From NCBI RefSeq assembly GCF_002310835.1, contig NZ_CP011041.1:3270001-3302000 (forward strand): 32,000 nt of DNA, read 5' to 3'. Within the stretch, counting starts at the first letter, position 1. Each line of letters opens with the position of its first letter. The DNA comes from Pseudoalteromonas tetraodonis. GTDB lineage: Bacteria; Pseudomonadota; Gammaproteobacteria; Enterobacterales; Alteromonadaceae. The notes under the pieces were generated by a model, which was not told where the DNA came from, ran no database searches, and saw only the letters and a program-made list of their open reading frames with translations. Below, piece after piece: positions 1 to 8,260 of the stretch. A program made the translations under genes and the position numbers.

Positions 1-1
1 A

Positions 2-769
2 ATAGCATTAAGTGAAAAGATTCAATTAACAGCAAAAAACGCTGACTTCTCACCCATATTTGTCATGGGTATGCCTCGTTCTGGTACCACATTAGTAGAA
101 AAAATTATTAATCAAAGTACCGAGGTGACCGGCCTTGGGGAGCTAAATGACATTGCACAGCTACTTCAAAGCACTGCGGCGTCAAAACATGTTTTAGATA
201 TCCGTATGATTGAGCAGGCATTTCAAAAGTTTACGCTTGATAACCCCTTAAATGGCTACCAATCGCGCTGCGAAGGCATGATGACTTCATCTAGGAGCTG
301 TGACAAGCAACCCTTTAATTTTTACTTTATTGATTTTATTTTAACTGCGTTTCCAGAGGCAAAAATAGTCTGTATGCTGCGCGACCCTGTGGATAGCTGT
401 ATTGCAAATTACAGGCAGCTATATAGCCCGCACAGTGCATTTCATCATTACAGCTATGACTTACAAGATATTGCTCATTTTTATCAAGATTATAAGTTAC
501 TTATCAACCACTTTCAGAAAAAGTATCCTAATAATGTAATGATTCAACACTATGAAGAGCTAGTAACAGATGCCACCTTGCAAACTCAAACATTATTTAA
601 TTTTTGTAATTTACAATGGCAGCCCAGCTGCTTAGCGTTTTATAAAAGCAACAGCGCCTCGGCTACTGCTAGCAAAGTGCAAATTCGCCAACCACTCAAT
701 AGTAAGAGTATTGGCTACTGGCAACATTATCAGCAAGCCTGTGATATGTTATCGAATAAGTTTAATTAA
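2..769 (+). CDS. Sulfotransferase family protein, 5'-truncated by the window edge
   Basis: The frame stays open from nt 2 (IALSEKIQLTAKNADFSPIFVMGMPRSGTTL...), so the listed ATG at 65 is probably internal. PRSGTT matches the PAPS 5'-phosphosulfate-binding loop of sulfotransferases. Stop codon at 767-769. Confidence 0.8.
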   Translation: MALSEKIQLTAKNADFSPIFVMGMPRSGTTLVEKIINQSTEVTGLGELNDIAQLLQSTAASKHVLDIRMIEQAFQKFTLDNPLNGYQSRCEGMMTSSRSCDKQPFNFYFIDFILTAFPEAKIVCMLRDPVDSCIANYRQLYSPHSAFHHYSYDLQDIAHFYQDYKLLINHFQKKYPNNVMIQHYEELVTDATLQTQTLFNFCNLQWQPSCLAFYKSNSASATASKVQIRQPLNSKSIGYWQHYQQACDMLSNKFN

Positions 770-873
770 TCGATAATAATTAGCAAGTCATGCCTTTCAC
801 CCGCAATTAGTGATTTAAACATAGCTAAAAATCATGAAAAACAAGGCTCTGGTGTGTTATTAACCCACTTACC

Positions 874-3800
874 TTAAAGTAAAGTCAGTCGTTTTATCAT
901 TCTTTTTAATGCCGGTGCTTTAAGTGGTTTGTACAATAAAGGATAACCTGCATCGAGTACGCGCTCGCGTATTTGCTCATCATGGTTTGCAGTATTAACA
1001 ATGGCAGGCAACGTCATTAATCCTGCTTGTTCAATCACCTCAAGCCCCGTTACACCATCATCCAATTGATAATCAACAATAAGTAGTTGTGGTAGTGTAT
1101 TTTCTGCTTTGAGTTGCTCAAGTTCAATTAAGTTAGTGGCGGTGGCAATTTCACAGCCCCAGTTTTCTAGCAACTGTTTTAGCGCTTCAAGTACATTACG
1201 ATCGTTATCCACAAGCCAAATACATAAACGACCCAATTCAGTTTCTGAATTGGCAGGTACATGCGCAGTGGCTGGTGTTTTTAAACTAGGTTTGCATGGC
1301 ATGGTTAAAGTAAATTGAGTGCCTTTATTAAGCTGAGAGCCCATTACCAAAGGAATATTTAATAAATCACAAATACGTTTGGTGATAGAAAGCCCCAATC
1401 CTAATCCCTCGGCGTTAGGTTTATCGCCCAGCTGCTTAAATTCTTGATAAATACTCTGCTGATCACTGGTAGCAATGCCTATGCCTGTATCTTCAATCAC
1501 AAACGATACATGATGTTCATCAAGTAAAACTTTTAAACGTACTTCACCATACTCTGTGTAGCGTATAGCATTACTAAGTAAGTTTCTTAGTACACGCTTA
1601 AGTAATGCTTTGTCGGTATAAATTCGCGCATCGCACGACTCAACGATAAAACCGAGGCCTTTTTCTTGAGCTAGTGCTAAATAATCATTACGCAGTGGCT
1701 CTATTAAACTACTCACATTAAATTCCGTTAACTGCACTTTAAACGAACCTGAATCGAGTTTAGTTAACTCTAAAATACTCGAAAGTAGCTCTTCTGCACT
1801 TGCTAAGGAATTTTTAATATTCATAGCTAGATCTTTAAGCTCAGTATCTTGGGCTTTTTCGTTCATTAGCGAACAAAATAAACTTGCGGCATTAAATGGC
1901 TGCAATAAATCGTGACTCGCCGCGGCAAAAAAACGCGTTTTACTTACTGTTGCCTGCTCTGCTACTTGCTTAGCTTTAGAAAGCGCTTGGTTAGCCTGTG
2001 TTAATGCTGCAGTGCGCGTAGCCACTTTTTCTTCAAGACTAACATTCGCTTCGGTGAGTGCTTTTTGTTGTTTTACAAACTCACTTATGTCGGTGTAAGT
2101 CGTTACAAACCCGCCACCAGGCAAGGGATTTCCTTGCATTTCAAATACTCGGCCATCACTATGTGCGCGTTGATATTTATACGCACTGCCTTGTTTTAAA
2201 TAAGCTAAACGCTTATCGACTTCTGTATTAATATCCTCACCACGAAATAAGCCTCGCTCAGCGTTAAAGCGAATAATATCGGCAACGGGTCGGCCTATAT
2301 ATAAAGCACTATCGGGGTAATTAAACATGTGCTTATAGCCCTGATTCCAAGCGACCAAACGCAACTCACTATCTACTACGCTAATCCCTTGTTGAATATT
2401 TTCAATGGTAGATTGCAGTAAATCACGATTAAATTTAAGCACTTGGCTAGCTTCATCGACAAACTCAGCAACTTGCTCTAAAGGCTGACGCTGCTCATTT
2501 TTCGCTACATCTAAAATTAGCCGTGCTGATGCACCACCAATAACCGCTGACATTTCACGCTCAACTAATAACTCAAGCTCAACATTAGCAATCCGTTTCC
2601 ATTGGCTTTTGTCATGCGGAAAATACTGCTGCACTAAAGAATGGCTCGCGTCTTTTTCAGCAAAACGCTGTAATAATGCCCCTAAATCTTCATAATTGAG
2701 TGGCTGCAATGTGGTGTTTAATCGCGAGTCGTTTAATTGAGATATGAACTTATTGCTTTGCAGGCGCTCAGCAAGCGTTGCACGACTAAATAGTGGTACA
2801 AGCAAATACACTAACGTATTAACCCCTAACGACAACAGTAATGATTGGCTAATACTTTCTAAATTCAATGAAAGTAAATTAGTGGGCGCTAACCAAGCAA
2901 CTTGCCATGGCCCTTCTATTAACCAACTACTTTGACTACCAAAACCACTGGCTAAATTAGGTAGCAGTAAAGTGTAACCCCAAATTACAAAGCCACTTAA
3001 AATACCGAGCTGTGCACCACGACACGATGCGTGGCGCCACCATAAACCAATAATCATCGCAGGAGCAAATTGCGCAACTAAGGTAAACGACATAAGCCCA
3101 ACGGTTGCAAGTGTGGTGGTTTCTGCCAGCACTCTATGAGTGAAATAGCTGAGTAATAAAATAAGTACAATTACAATTTTACGCGCATGCAATAAGTTGT
3201 TTTTATCCAATCCTCGGCTGCTTGACGTTAACTGTGAGCGACGCAAAATAAACTGATTAATAAAATCATTAGTGATCATCACCGACAGCACAATTGCCGA
3301 CACAATCACCATACTTGTGGCCGCTGAAAAGCCACCTAAAAAGGCCAGTAAGGTTACCCCGCTATTATCTGTCGCCATTGGCAACGCTAATACGAAGGTA
3401 TCTTGACCAACGCTACTATCACTAAAATAAACCAGCCCAGCGTAAGCTATAGGTAAAATAAATAAGTTGATCAGTAATAAATACAACGGAAATAACCAGC
3501 GAGCGGTTGCCAGCTCATTATTGTTATTGTTTTCAATAAAGCTCATATGAAACTGACGCGGCAAACATAACGTTGCCAGTATCCCCAACAAGGTATGTGC
3601 AACATAGACATAAACGGGGCTTTGAGTCGCGGCAACGTGTGTTGGTATGTTTAGCGCTTGCGCCTGTTCATACAAAGCAATAGGGCTATCAAATATAGAA
3701 AAACACACATACAAGCCCACCGCAATAAAGGCAAGTAACTTAACAATTGATTCAAAGGCAATACTGGCAATTAACCCGGGGTTATGCTCACTGGGCTTAA

Positions 3801-4329
3801 GCCTGCGAGCGCCAAATAAAATAGCAAATAAAGCCAGCAATAACGTAATATAAAACGTACTATCTGCCCATACTTGGTTACTTTGAGTGGGGGCTCGGTC
3901 GGTGAGTAAATTAATACTTTGTGCGGTCGCACTAAGTTGTAAAGAAATATACGGTACAATTGCTATCACTGAAATAAGTGAAATAAGCCCTGACAAACTC
4001 GACGACTGCCCATAGCGAGTAGCAATAAAGTCAGCCATAGAGGTAAGCTTTTGCTGTCGACAAATATGCGCAATACGACAATACAGCTGCCAGCCAAAAA
4101 TAAATAATATAATCGTGCCCGCATAGGTAGGCGCCAACCACCAGCCATTACTAGCCGCTTGTGCTGTGGTGCCGTAAAAAGCCCATGAGGTACAATAAAC
4201 ACCCAATGACAGCCCGTAGGTTAAACCTTTGAAAGGAAGTACCTTACGCCTATCCGCCCAGCCCGCAACTGCAAATAATATCCCTAGATACACCACAGCA
4301 ATAAGGCTAATAAACCAAATTGAAAACAT
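874..4329 (-). CDS. Hybrid sensor histidine kinase/response regulator with N-terminal sodium:solute-symporter-like domain (CbrA/CrbS-type architecture)
   Basis: 1151-aa ORF with ATG start. The N-terminal ~480 aa form about 13 hydrophobic helices resembling an SLC5/SSS transporter. A cytoplasmic linker and PAS-like segment follow. Kinase motifs: H-box FFAAASHDLLQP, N-box LLSNAIRYT, G1 EDTGIGI, G2 GLGLGLSI. C-terminal receiver: LLIVDYQLDDG ... LYKPLK. Confidence 0.9.
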   Translation of the reverse strand: MFSIWFISLIAVVYLGILFAVAGWADRRKVLPFKGLTYGLSLGVYCTSWAFYGTTAQAASNGWWLAPTYAGTIILFIFGWQLYCRIAHICRQQKLTSMADFIATRYGQSSSLSGLISLISVIAIVPYISLQLSATAQSINLLTDRAPTQSNQVWADSTFYITLLLALFAILFGARRLKPSEHNPGLIASIAFESIVKLLAFIAVGLYVCFSIFDSPIALYEQAQALNIPTHVAATQSPVYVYVAHTLLGILATLCLPRQFHMSFIENNNNNELATARWLFPLYLLLINLFILPIAYAGLVYFSDSSVGQDTFVLALPMATDNSGVTLLAFLGGFSAATSMVIVSAIVLSVMITNDFINQFILRRSQLTSSSRGLDKNNLLHARKIVIVLILLLSYFTHRVLAETTTLATVGLMSFTLVAQFAPAMIIGLWWRHASCRGAQLGILSGFVIWGYTLLLPNLASGFGSQSSWLIEGPWQVAWLAPTNLLSLNLESISQSLLLSLGVNTLVYLLVPLFSRATLAERLQSNKFISQLNDSRLNTTLQPLNYEDLGALLQRFAEKDASHSLVQQYFPHDKSQWKRIANVELELLVEREMSAVIGGASARLILDVAKNEQRQPLEQVAEFVDEASQVLKFNRDLLQSTIENIQQGISVVDSELRLVAWNQGYKHMFNYPDSALYIGRPVADIIRFNAERGLFRGEDINTEVDKRLAYLKQGSAYKYQRAHSDGRVFEMQGNPLPGGGFVTTYTDISEFVKQQKALTEANVSLEEKVATRTAALTQANQALSKAKQVAEQATVSKTRFFAAASHDLLQPFNAASLFCSLMNEKAQDTELKDLAMNIKNSLASAEELLSSILELTKLDSGSFKVQLTEFNVSSLIEPLRNDYLALAQEKGLGFIVESCDARIYTDKALLKRVLRNLLSNAIRYTEYGEVRLKVLLDEHHVSFVIEDTGIGIATSDQQSIYQEFKQLGDKPNAEGLGLGLSITKRICDLLNIPLVMGSQLNKGTQFTLTMPCKPSLKTPATAHVPANSETELGRLCIWLVDNDRNVLEALKQLLENWGCEIATATNLIELEQLKAENTLPQLLIVDYQLDDGVTGLEVIEQAGLMTLPAIVNTANHDEQIRERVLDAGYPLLYKPLKAPALKRMIKRLTLL

Positions 4330-4457
4330 ATTTTTGTTCTTGTTATTATTTTTATAATACTTAACTTAGCATAAGGGGATGTGTAGCAAAAAGCAGCCCT
4401 TACTTTAGTGCTATAAATGAACAAAAAGGTAAAATAAGAATTATTTGCATTTAGGTG

Positions 4458-4486
4458 TTGACAGTTATTTAAATCTAATTGATAAT
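4458..4486 (+). promoter_or_regulatory. Near-consensus sigma70 promoter with no downstream protein gene
   Basis: TTGACA (4458-4463), exactly 17 nt spacer, GATAAT (4481-4486). Predicted TSS is about 4493. Confidence 0.5.
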
Positions 4487-4492
4487 CACTAT

Positions 4493-4709
4493 CAACAAGA
4501 CGAAGCATACTTCTTGTGACGGAAAAGTTCATTTGTTTCTCGACCCTGAAACAACGTGTGGCGCACGTTAACAGCTATGGAAACCTGTTATAAACCACAA
4601 CGCCCCTTGCTGTTTATGACCTGTTTCCGCCCTACTCATTTACTTGCTACATTGCTCATATCGGTGACGGTAGATATGAAACTAAAAAAGCCCTTACGGG
4701 CTTTTTTTA
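4493..4709 (+). ncRNA. Candidate ~215-nt structured small RNA (family not recognised)
   Basis: It runs from the promoter above to the intrinsic terminator at 4684-4708. Hairpins: 4495-4517 (acaaga/tcttgt), 4553-4569 (aacgtg/cacgtt) and 4579-4628 (ggaaac/gtttcc plus ataaac/gtttat around a 5x5 internal loop). There is no SD-preceded ORF. Confidence 0.4.
4684..4708. terminator. Bidirectional rho-independent terminator (serves rbgA on - and the candidate sRNA on +)
   Basis: aaaaaagccc-ttac-gggcttttttt: a GC stem flanked by an A6 run on the left and a T7 run on the right. Confidence 0.85.
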
Positions 4710-4754
4710 TGTCTGTAATTTAGTGCGTAAGGCCTTAACCTGCGCTTTTATAAA

Positions 4755-5699
4755 TTAACGACGGTTTTTTCGTGCACGTGCTCGGCGTTGTTTTTTCTCT
4801 TCTTCTTTGGCTTGCTTTTTCGCCTCTGCTGCCGCGCGCAATCCAGCCACCATTATTTCTTCTTCTTCACGCATGGCAGGTGTTTCCATGGTAATACGAC
4901 CGATAATGCCATCTCGTAATTCATTAATTAGAATTTCCGACATTTTATACGTATCGATTTGGTTACCACCGCGAATACAGCCGCGCTTTTTACCCGCCAT
5001 TTCAACAAACTCCCAATCGCTTTCTGGCAGTTCATCTAATTTATAGCGCGCTTTTAAAAGCTCAGGATAAGCATGCAATAAATACTCAGCGGTGTAACTT
5101 GCCACTTCTTCGTACTCAATAGCGGTATCACGTATCGCACCGGTTGCGCCTAAACGATAACCTGAGTTTTCGTTCTCTACTTTTGGCCACAGCATCCCTG
5201 GCGTATCGTAAAGCATAATGCCATCATCAAGTTTAATACGTTGCTGCGCCTTAGTAACTGCAGGCTCGTTACCCGTTTTAGCCACTATACGCCCAGCAAG
5301 CACATTTATGAGCGTCGATTTACCTACGTTAGGAATACCCATGATCATGGCTTTAATTTGCTTATCGGCACCGACTTTATGTGGCACTAACTTTTTACAT
5401 AGCTCATTAATTCGATGCACTTCTGCGGCTTTATCGTTACCAAATGCAATGGCTTTTACGCCATTTTCTTGCTCAAAATAGTCTTTCCAGGTTTGCGTCA
5501 TTTTAGGATCAGCTAAATCGGCTTTATTGAGAATTTTGATGACCGGCTTACCTTCACGCAGGGTAGCCACCATCGGGTTTTCGCTACTGTAAGGAATGCG
5601 CGCATCTAGCACTTCAATGATCACATCCATTTGTGGCATTATTTCTTTAATTTCATTTCGGGCTTTATTCATGTGCCCAGGGAACCACTGGATAGCCAT
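4755..5699 (-). CDS. rbgA: Ribosome biogenesis GTPase A (YlqF/RbgA, circularly permuted GTPase)
   Basis: N-terminus MAIQWFPGHMNKARNEIKE is typical of the family. Permuted motif order: G4 (LNKADL), G1 (GIPNVGKST), G3 (DTPG). Lys/Arg-rich C-terminal tail. Confidence 0.9.
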   Translation of the reverse strand: MAIQWFPGHMNKARNEIKEIMPQMDVIIEVLDARIPYSSENPMVATLREGKPVIKILNKADLADPKMTQTWKDYFEQENGVKAIAFGNDKAAEVHRINELCKKLVPHKVGADKQIKAMIMGIPNVGKSTLINVLAGRIVAKTGNEPAVTKAQQRIKLDDGIMLYDTPGMLWPKVENENSGYRLGATGAIRDTAIEYEEVASYTAEYLLHAYPELLKARYKLDELPESDWEFVEMAGKKRGCIRGGNQIDTYKMSEILINELRDGIIGRITMETPAMREEEEIMVAGLRAAAEAKKQAKEEEKKQRRARARKNRR

Positions 5700-5790
5700 T
5701 TTTAACTCCTAACATATAATTTGTAGCTATTTTAACTGGCAATTCATTTAATTGCGCTATACTGACGCAAATTTTTTCATATAAGACACT

Positions 5791-6327
5791 ATGGCTCTCA
5801 AATCTACCATCATGAAGGCGCAGTTATCGCTTAGCGATATGGACCGTCACGTATACCAAGACTTTCACCTGACCTTGGCACAACACCCATCAGAAACAGA
5901 TCAGCGGTTGATGATCCGCTTACTCGCTTTTGCACTTAATAGCTGTGATGGTTTAGAGTTTACCAAAGGGTTAAGCGCTGATGATGAGCCGGAGCTTTGG
6001 CATGTCAATTACAGTGAAGAAATAGAGCTGTGGATTGAGCTGGGGTTACCAGATGAAAAGCGCCTTAAAAAAGCCTGTAATAAAGCTAAAAAAGTAATTT
6101 TATATACCTATGGCGAGAATAACCAAGCTATTTGGTGGCAAAAGCATCAGCCTAAATTATATGAGTTTAAAAACTTAAGCATCTTTAGTCTTGATTATGC
6201 TGCTACTCAGCTATTAGCTGCGTTGGTTGATCGTAATATTAAATTGGCAATTACCATTCAAGATGGTGAAGTTTGGGTTAATACCGACACCACTAACATT
6301 GAGATAAAACCTCAGCAATTAATGTAA
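5791..6327 (+). CDS. yaeQ: YaeQ family protein (PD-(D/E)XK-like fold, function unknown)
   Basis: 178 aa. MALKSTIMKAQLSLSDMDRHVYQDFHLTLAQHPSETDQRLMIRLLAFAL closely resembles the conserved YaeQ N-terminus. Confidence 0.88.
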   Translation: MALKSTIMKAQLSLSDMDRHVYQDFHLTLAQHPSETDQRLMIRLLAFALNSCDGLEFTKGLSADDEPELWHVNYSEEIELWIELGLPDEKRLKKACNKAKKVILYTYGENNQAIWWQKHQPKLYEFKNLSIFSLDYAATQLLAALVDRNIKLAITIQDGEVWVNTDTTNIEIKPQQLM

Positions 6328-6511
6328 CTAGAATAGGTTATACCAATTGCATTAAATTAGTTATCTATTATAGCGACAAGTAAATAAGTCGGTAACAAGG
6401 CGAAAATTGTGACATATAGTTGTTCTATATAAATAATTTTTAACGTAGGTAGCGGATTATTTAATACGCTAGAATGATCATGTTTTTAATAAAATTGGTA
6501 TTAGGGGGCAT

Positions 6512-7117
6512 ATGAAAGTTAAACACGTTATTGTTTTACATGGCTTATATATGTCTGGCTTGGTGATGCGCCCGTTGTGCTCACGCTTGGAGGAGTCGGG
6601 GGTGAAAGTTTTAAACCTTACCTACAATACGCGTGACCCTAATCGGGATGCTATTTTTTCGCAAATAGATGAATTTATTGGCAACGAGCCTTCTGCTTTA
6701 GTGTGTCACTCTATGGGGGGCTTAGTTGCTCGCGCCTATTTAGAGGCAAACTCAGCGCCAAGTCATCATGTTGAAAAGGTAATCACCTTAGGAACCCCAC
6801 ATACTGGCAGCCATATTGCTGAAAAAATGCAGCAAAAAGGGTTCGAGCTATTATTAAAAAATAGCGTTGAGTTTTTACTCTCTAAGAATGGTGATTGGCC
6901 TTTTAAAGCCAAGCTATATAGCATTGCCGGCGACTTACCGATTGGCTTAATGCCACTCATTGTAAAAGGCAGCCGCTCTGATGGCACCGTATTATTAGAT
7001 GAAACCAAGCTAAAGGGTATGGCCGAACATAAGGTATTTCACTTAAGCCATACCAGTATGATTTACTCACGCCAAGTCGTTAATTATATTCTTGAGCGCT
7101 TGAATGAGGACATTTAG
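6512..7117 (+). CDS. Alpha/beta hydrolase (lipase/esterase-like, PGAP1/DUF676-type)
   Basis: Strong SD (agggggcatATG). VLHGL oxyanion-type motif, nucleophile elbow CHSMGG (GxSxG), LGTPHTGS. 201 aa with no signal peptide. Confidence 0.8.
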   Translation: MKVKHVIVLHGLYMSGLVMRPLCSRLEESGVKVLNLTYNTRDPNRDAIFSQIDEFIGNEPSALVCHSMGGLVARAYLEANSAPSHHVEKVITLGTPHTGSHIAEKMQQKGFELLLKNSVEFLLSKNGDWPFKAKLYSIAGDLPIGLMPLIVKGSRSDGTVLLDETKLKGMAEHKVFHLSHTSMIYSRQVVNYILERLNEDI

Positions 7118-7323
7118 TCCTCGGCTGCAGCCGCCACTTTGTAGCTGATCAAAAATATAATACCTAGCACTAAGGGCATTGGTGCAGCAATATAGCCAAA
7201 GGCATCAGAGTTTGCAAAACTTGCACCCGCTAAGTGCGCAACTAACCCTAATACAAACCCTAGCAAAGCAATACCAATAACGATGAGTTCAGCTTTATTT
7301 TCTTTACGTGTTTTAGCTTCCAT
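7114..7323 (-). CDS. Small two-helix membrane protein (hypothetical)
   Basis: GGAGAG SD lies 5 nt upstream of the ATG at 7323, so this start is preferred over the upstream ATG at 7338. Two hydrophobic helices: LIVIGIALLGFVLGLVAHLAG and APMPLVLGIIFLISY. The stop overlaps the convergent hydrolase stop by 4 nt. Confidence 0.5.
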   Translation of the reverse strand: MEAKTRKENKAELIVIGIALLGFVLGLVAHLAGASFANSDAFGYIAAPMPLVLGIIFLISYKVAAAAED

Positions 7324-7599
7324 AATTTCTCTCCGCATCTAATCAAGTAGCCCCTTAACTCAATAAAGTGATCTCTATCAAGTTGGGTTATAGTGATTAT
7401 GCGCTTTACTTATGAGCGTTTTTTGACCTACATCAATAAATAAAATAAGTGTGCGCTGCGCCTGTCAAAAGCTTGTTTTAGATCATATTTTGTACTCACA
7501 AAATAAACAATTTCGCTGCTCAAGGTAGTATTTTTATAAACACAACCCATATCTATTGAACAGCGTTAGCTAACTTATTTAAAAAGTCGAGCTACGGTG

Positions 7600-7636
7600 A
7601 TAGCTTTTAGCTATGACACCAATATGTATAAACGAT
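7600..7636 (+). promoter_or_regulatory. OxyR-type tetranucleotide-repeat operator upstream of dps
   Basis: ATAGcTtttAgCTAT (7600-7614), 7-nt spacer, ATATgTataAaCGAT (7622-7636). Against the consensus ATAGnTnnnAnCTAT-N7-ATAGnTnnnAnCTAT, 18 of 20 specified positions match. It lies 87-123 nt upstream of the dps ATG. Confidence 0.55.
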
Positions 7637-7722
7637 TTTATTAATACACCATCTTAGGTAATACTGACTGTATTGAACAAGGTGTAAACAAATTCATAAA
7701 ACGGTTATTTAAGGAGCAAAGT

Positions 7723-8196
7723 ATGTCGCAAGTAAATGCAATTGGTTTAAACAGTACAAAAAGTGAAGATATTATTAAGTCACTGAATACGCTTTTAAGC
7801 AGCTATCAAATTCAATATATGAATGCGCGCGGTTTTCACTGGAATATTAAAGGCCGAAACTTTTTTGAATTACATTTAAAGTTTGAAGAAATTTATAACT
7901 TACTACTGTTAAAAGTAGATGAAATCGCAGAACGTATTTTAACGCTTGATGGTGCACCGCTACATGCATTTTCAGATTACTTAGAAGTAAGCGAAATTAA
8001 AGAAGCAAAAGGGATCAGCGACGGCGTAACCGCAGTAGAGAACTTACTTGCCGGATACAGCAGCTTAATTAAAATGCAGCGCGATATTCTTGCACAAGCC
8101 GCTGAAGCTGATGATGAAGGTACCGCGTCATTAATGAGTGACTACATTAAAGAGCAAGAAAAACTAGTGTGGATGTTAAAAGCCTACCTAGATTAA
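7723..8196 (+). CDS. dps: Dps family DNA starvation/stationary-phase protection protein (ferritin-like)
   Basis: Perfect SD (aaggagcaaagtATG). FHWNIKGRNFFELHLKFEE and the downstream DEIAERI ferroxidase-site helices are typical Dps. Confidence 0.93.
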   Translation: MSQVNAIGLNSTKSEDIIKSLNTLLSSYQIQYMNARGFHWNIKGRNFFELHLKFEEIYNLLLLKVDEIAERILTLDGAPLHAFSDYLEVSEIKEAKGISDGVTAVENLLAGYSSLIKMQRDILAQAAEADDEGTASLMSDYIKEQEKLVWMLKAYLD

Positions 8197-8213
8197 GTTA
8201 TTTTAAAAAATAG

Positions 8214-8242
8214 AAAGCCTCAGTTATTACTGAGGCTTTTTT
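8214..8242 (+). terminator. Rho-independent terminator after dps (between convergent dps and ptrB)
   Basis: aaagcctcag-ttatta-ctgaggctttttt. Confidence 0.8.
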
Positions 8243-8260
8243 GTAACAATCATTTACGGG

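Noticed and set aside
1109-4202. Short antisense or alternate-frame ORFs inside the kinase gene (1109-1318, 2744-2935, 3647-3853, 3771-3959, 3966-4202). Similar ones lie inside rbgA, the hydrolase gene, the 191-aa gene, the RND genes, the metalloprotease, the PepSY-TM gene, the 937-aa gene, ydbS/ydbT, yeaD and the porin (e.g. 30158-30427).
   Set aside because: All are 61-93 aa, lie fully within much longer ORFs that carry clear family motifs, lack SD sequences, and have low-complexity or odd composition. They are typical shadow ORFs.
4284-4532. 82-aa minus-strand ORF spanning the kinase start and the upstream spacer.
   Set aside because: It overlaps the well-supported kinase start in another frame. 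It runs through AT-rich promoter DNA and shows no motif or SD.
4559-4575. TGGCGC-N5 string checked as a possible sigma54 -24/-12 promoter, which would have supported a CbrB/CrcZ-like arrangement.
   Set aside because: The -12 position reads AACA instead of TTGC. The string also forms part of the 4553-4569 hairpin inside the candidate RNA.
6336-6503. ataccaatt ... aattggtat inverted repeat flanking the yaeQ-hydrolase spacer, considered as MITE-like.
   Set aside because: Only 9 bp match and similarity decays immediately outside. There are no target-site duplications and no second copy in the window. In AT-rich spacer DNA this is likely chance.
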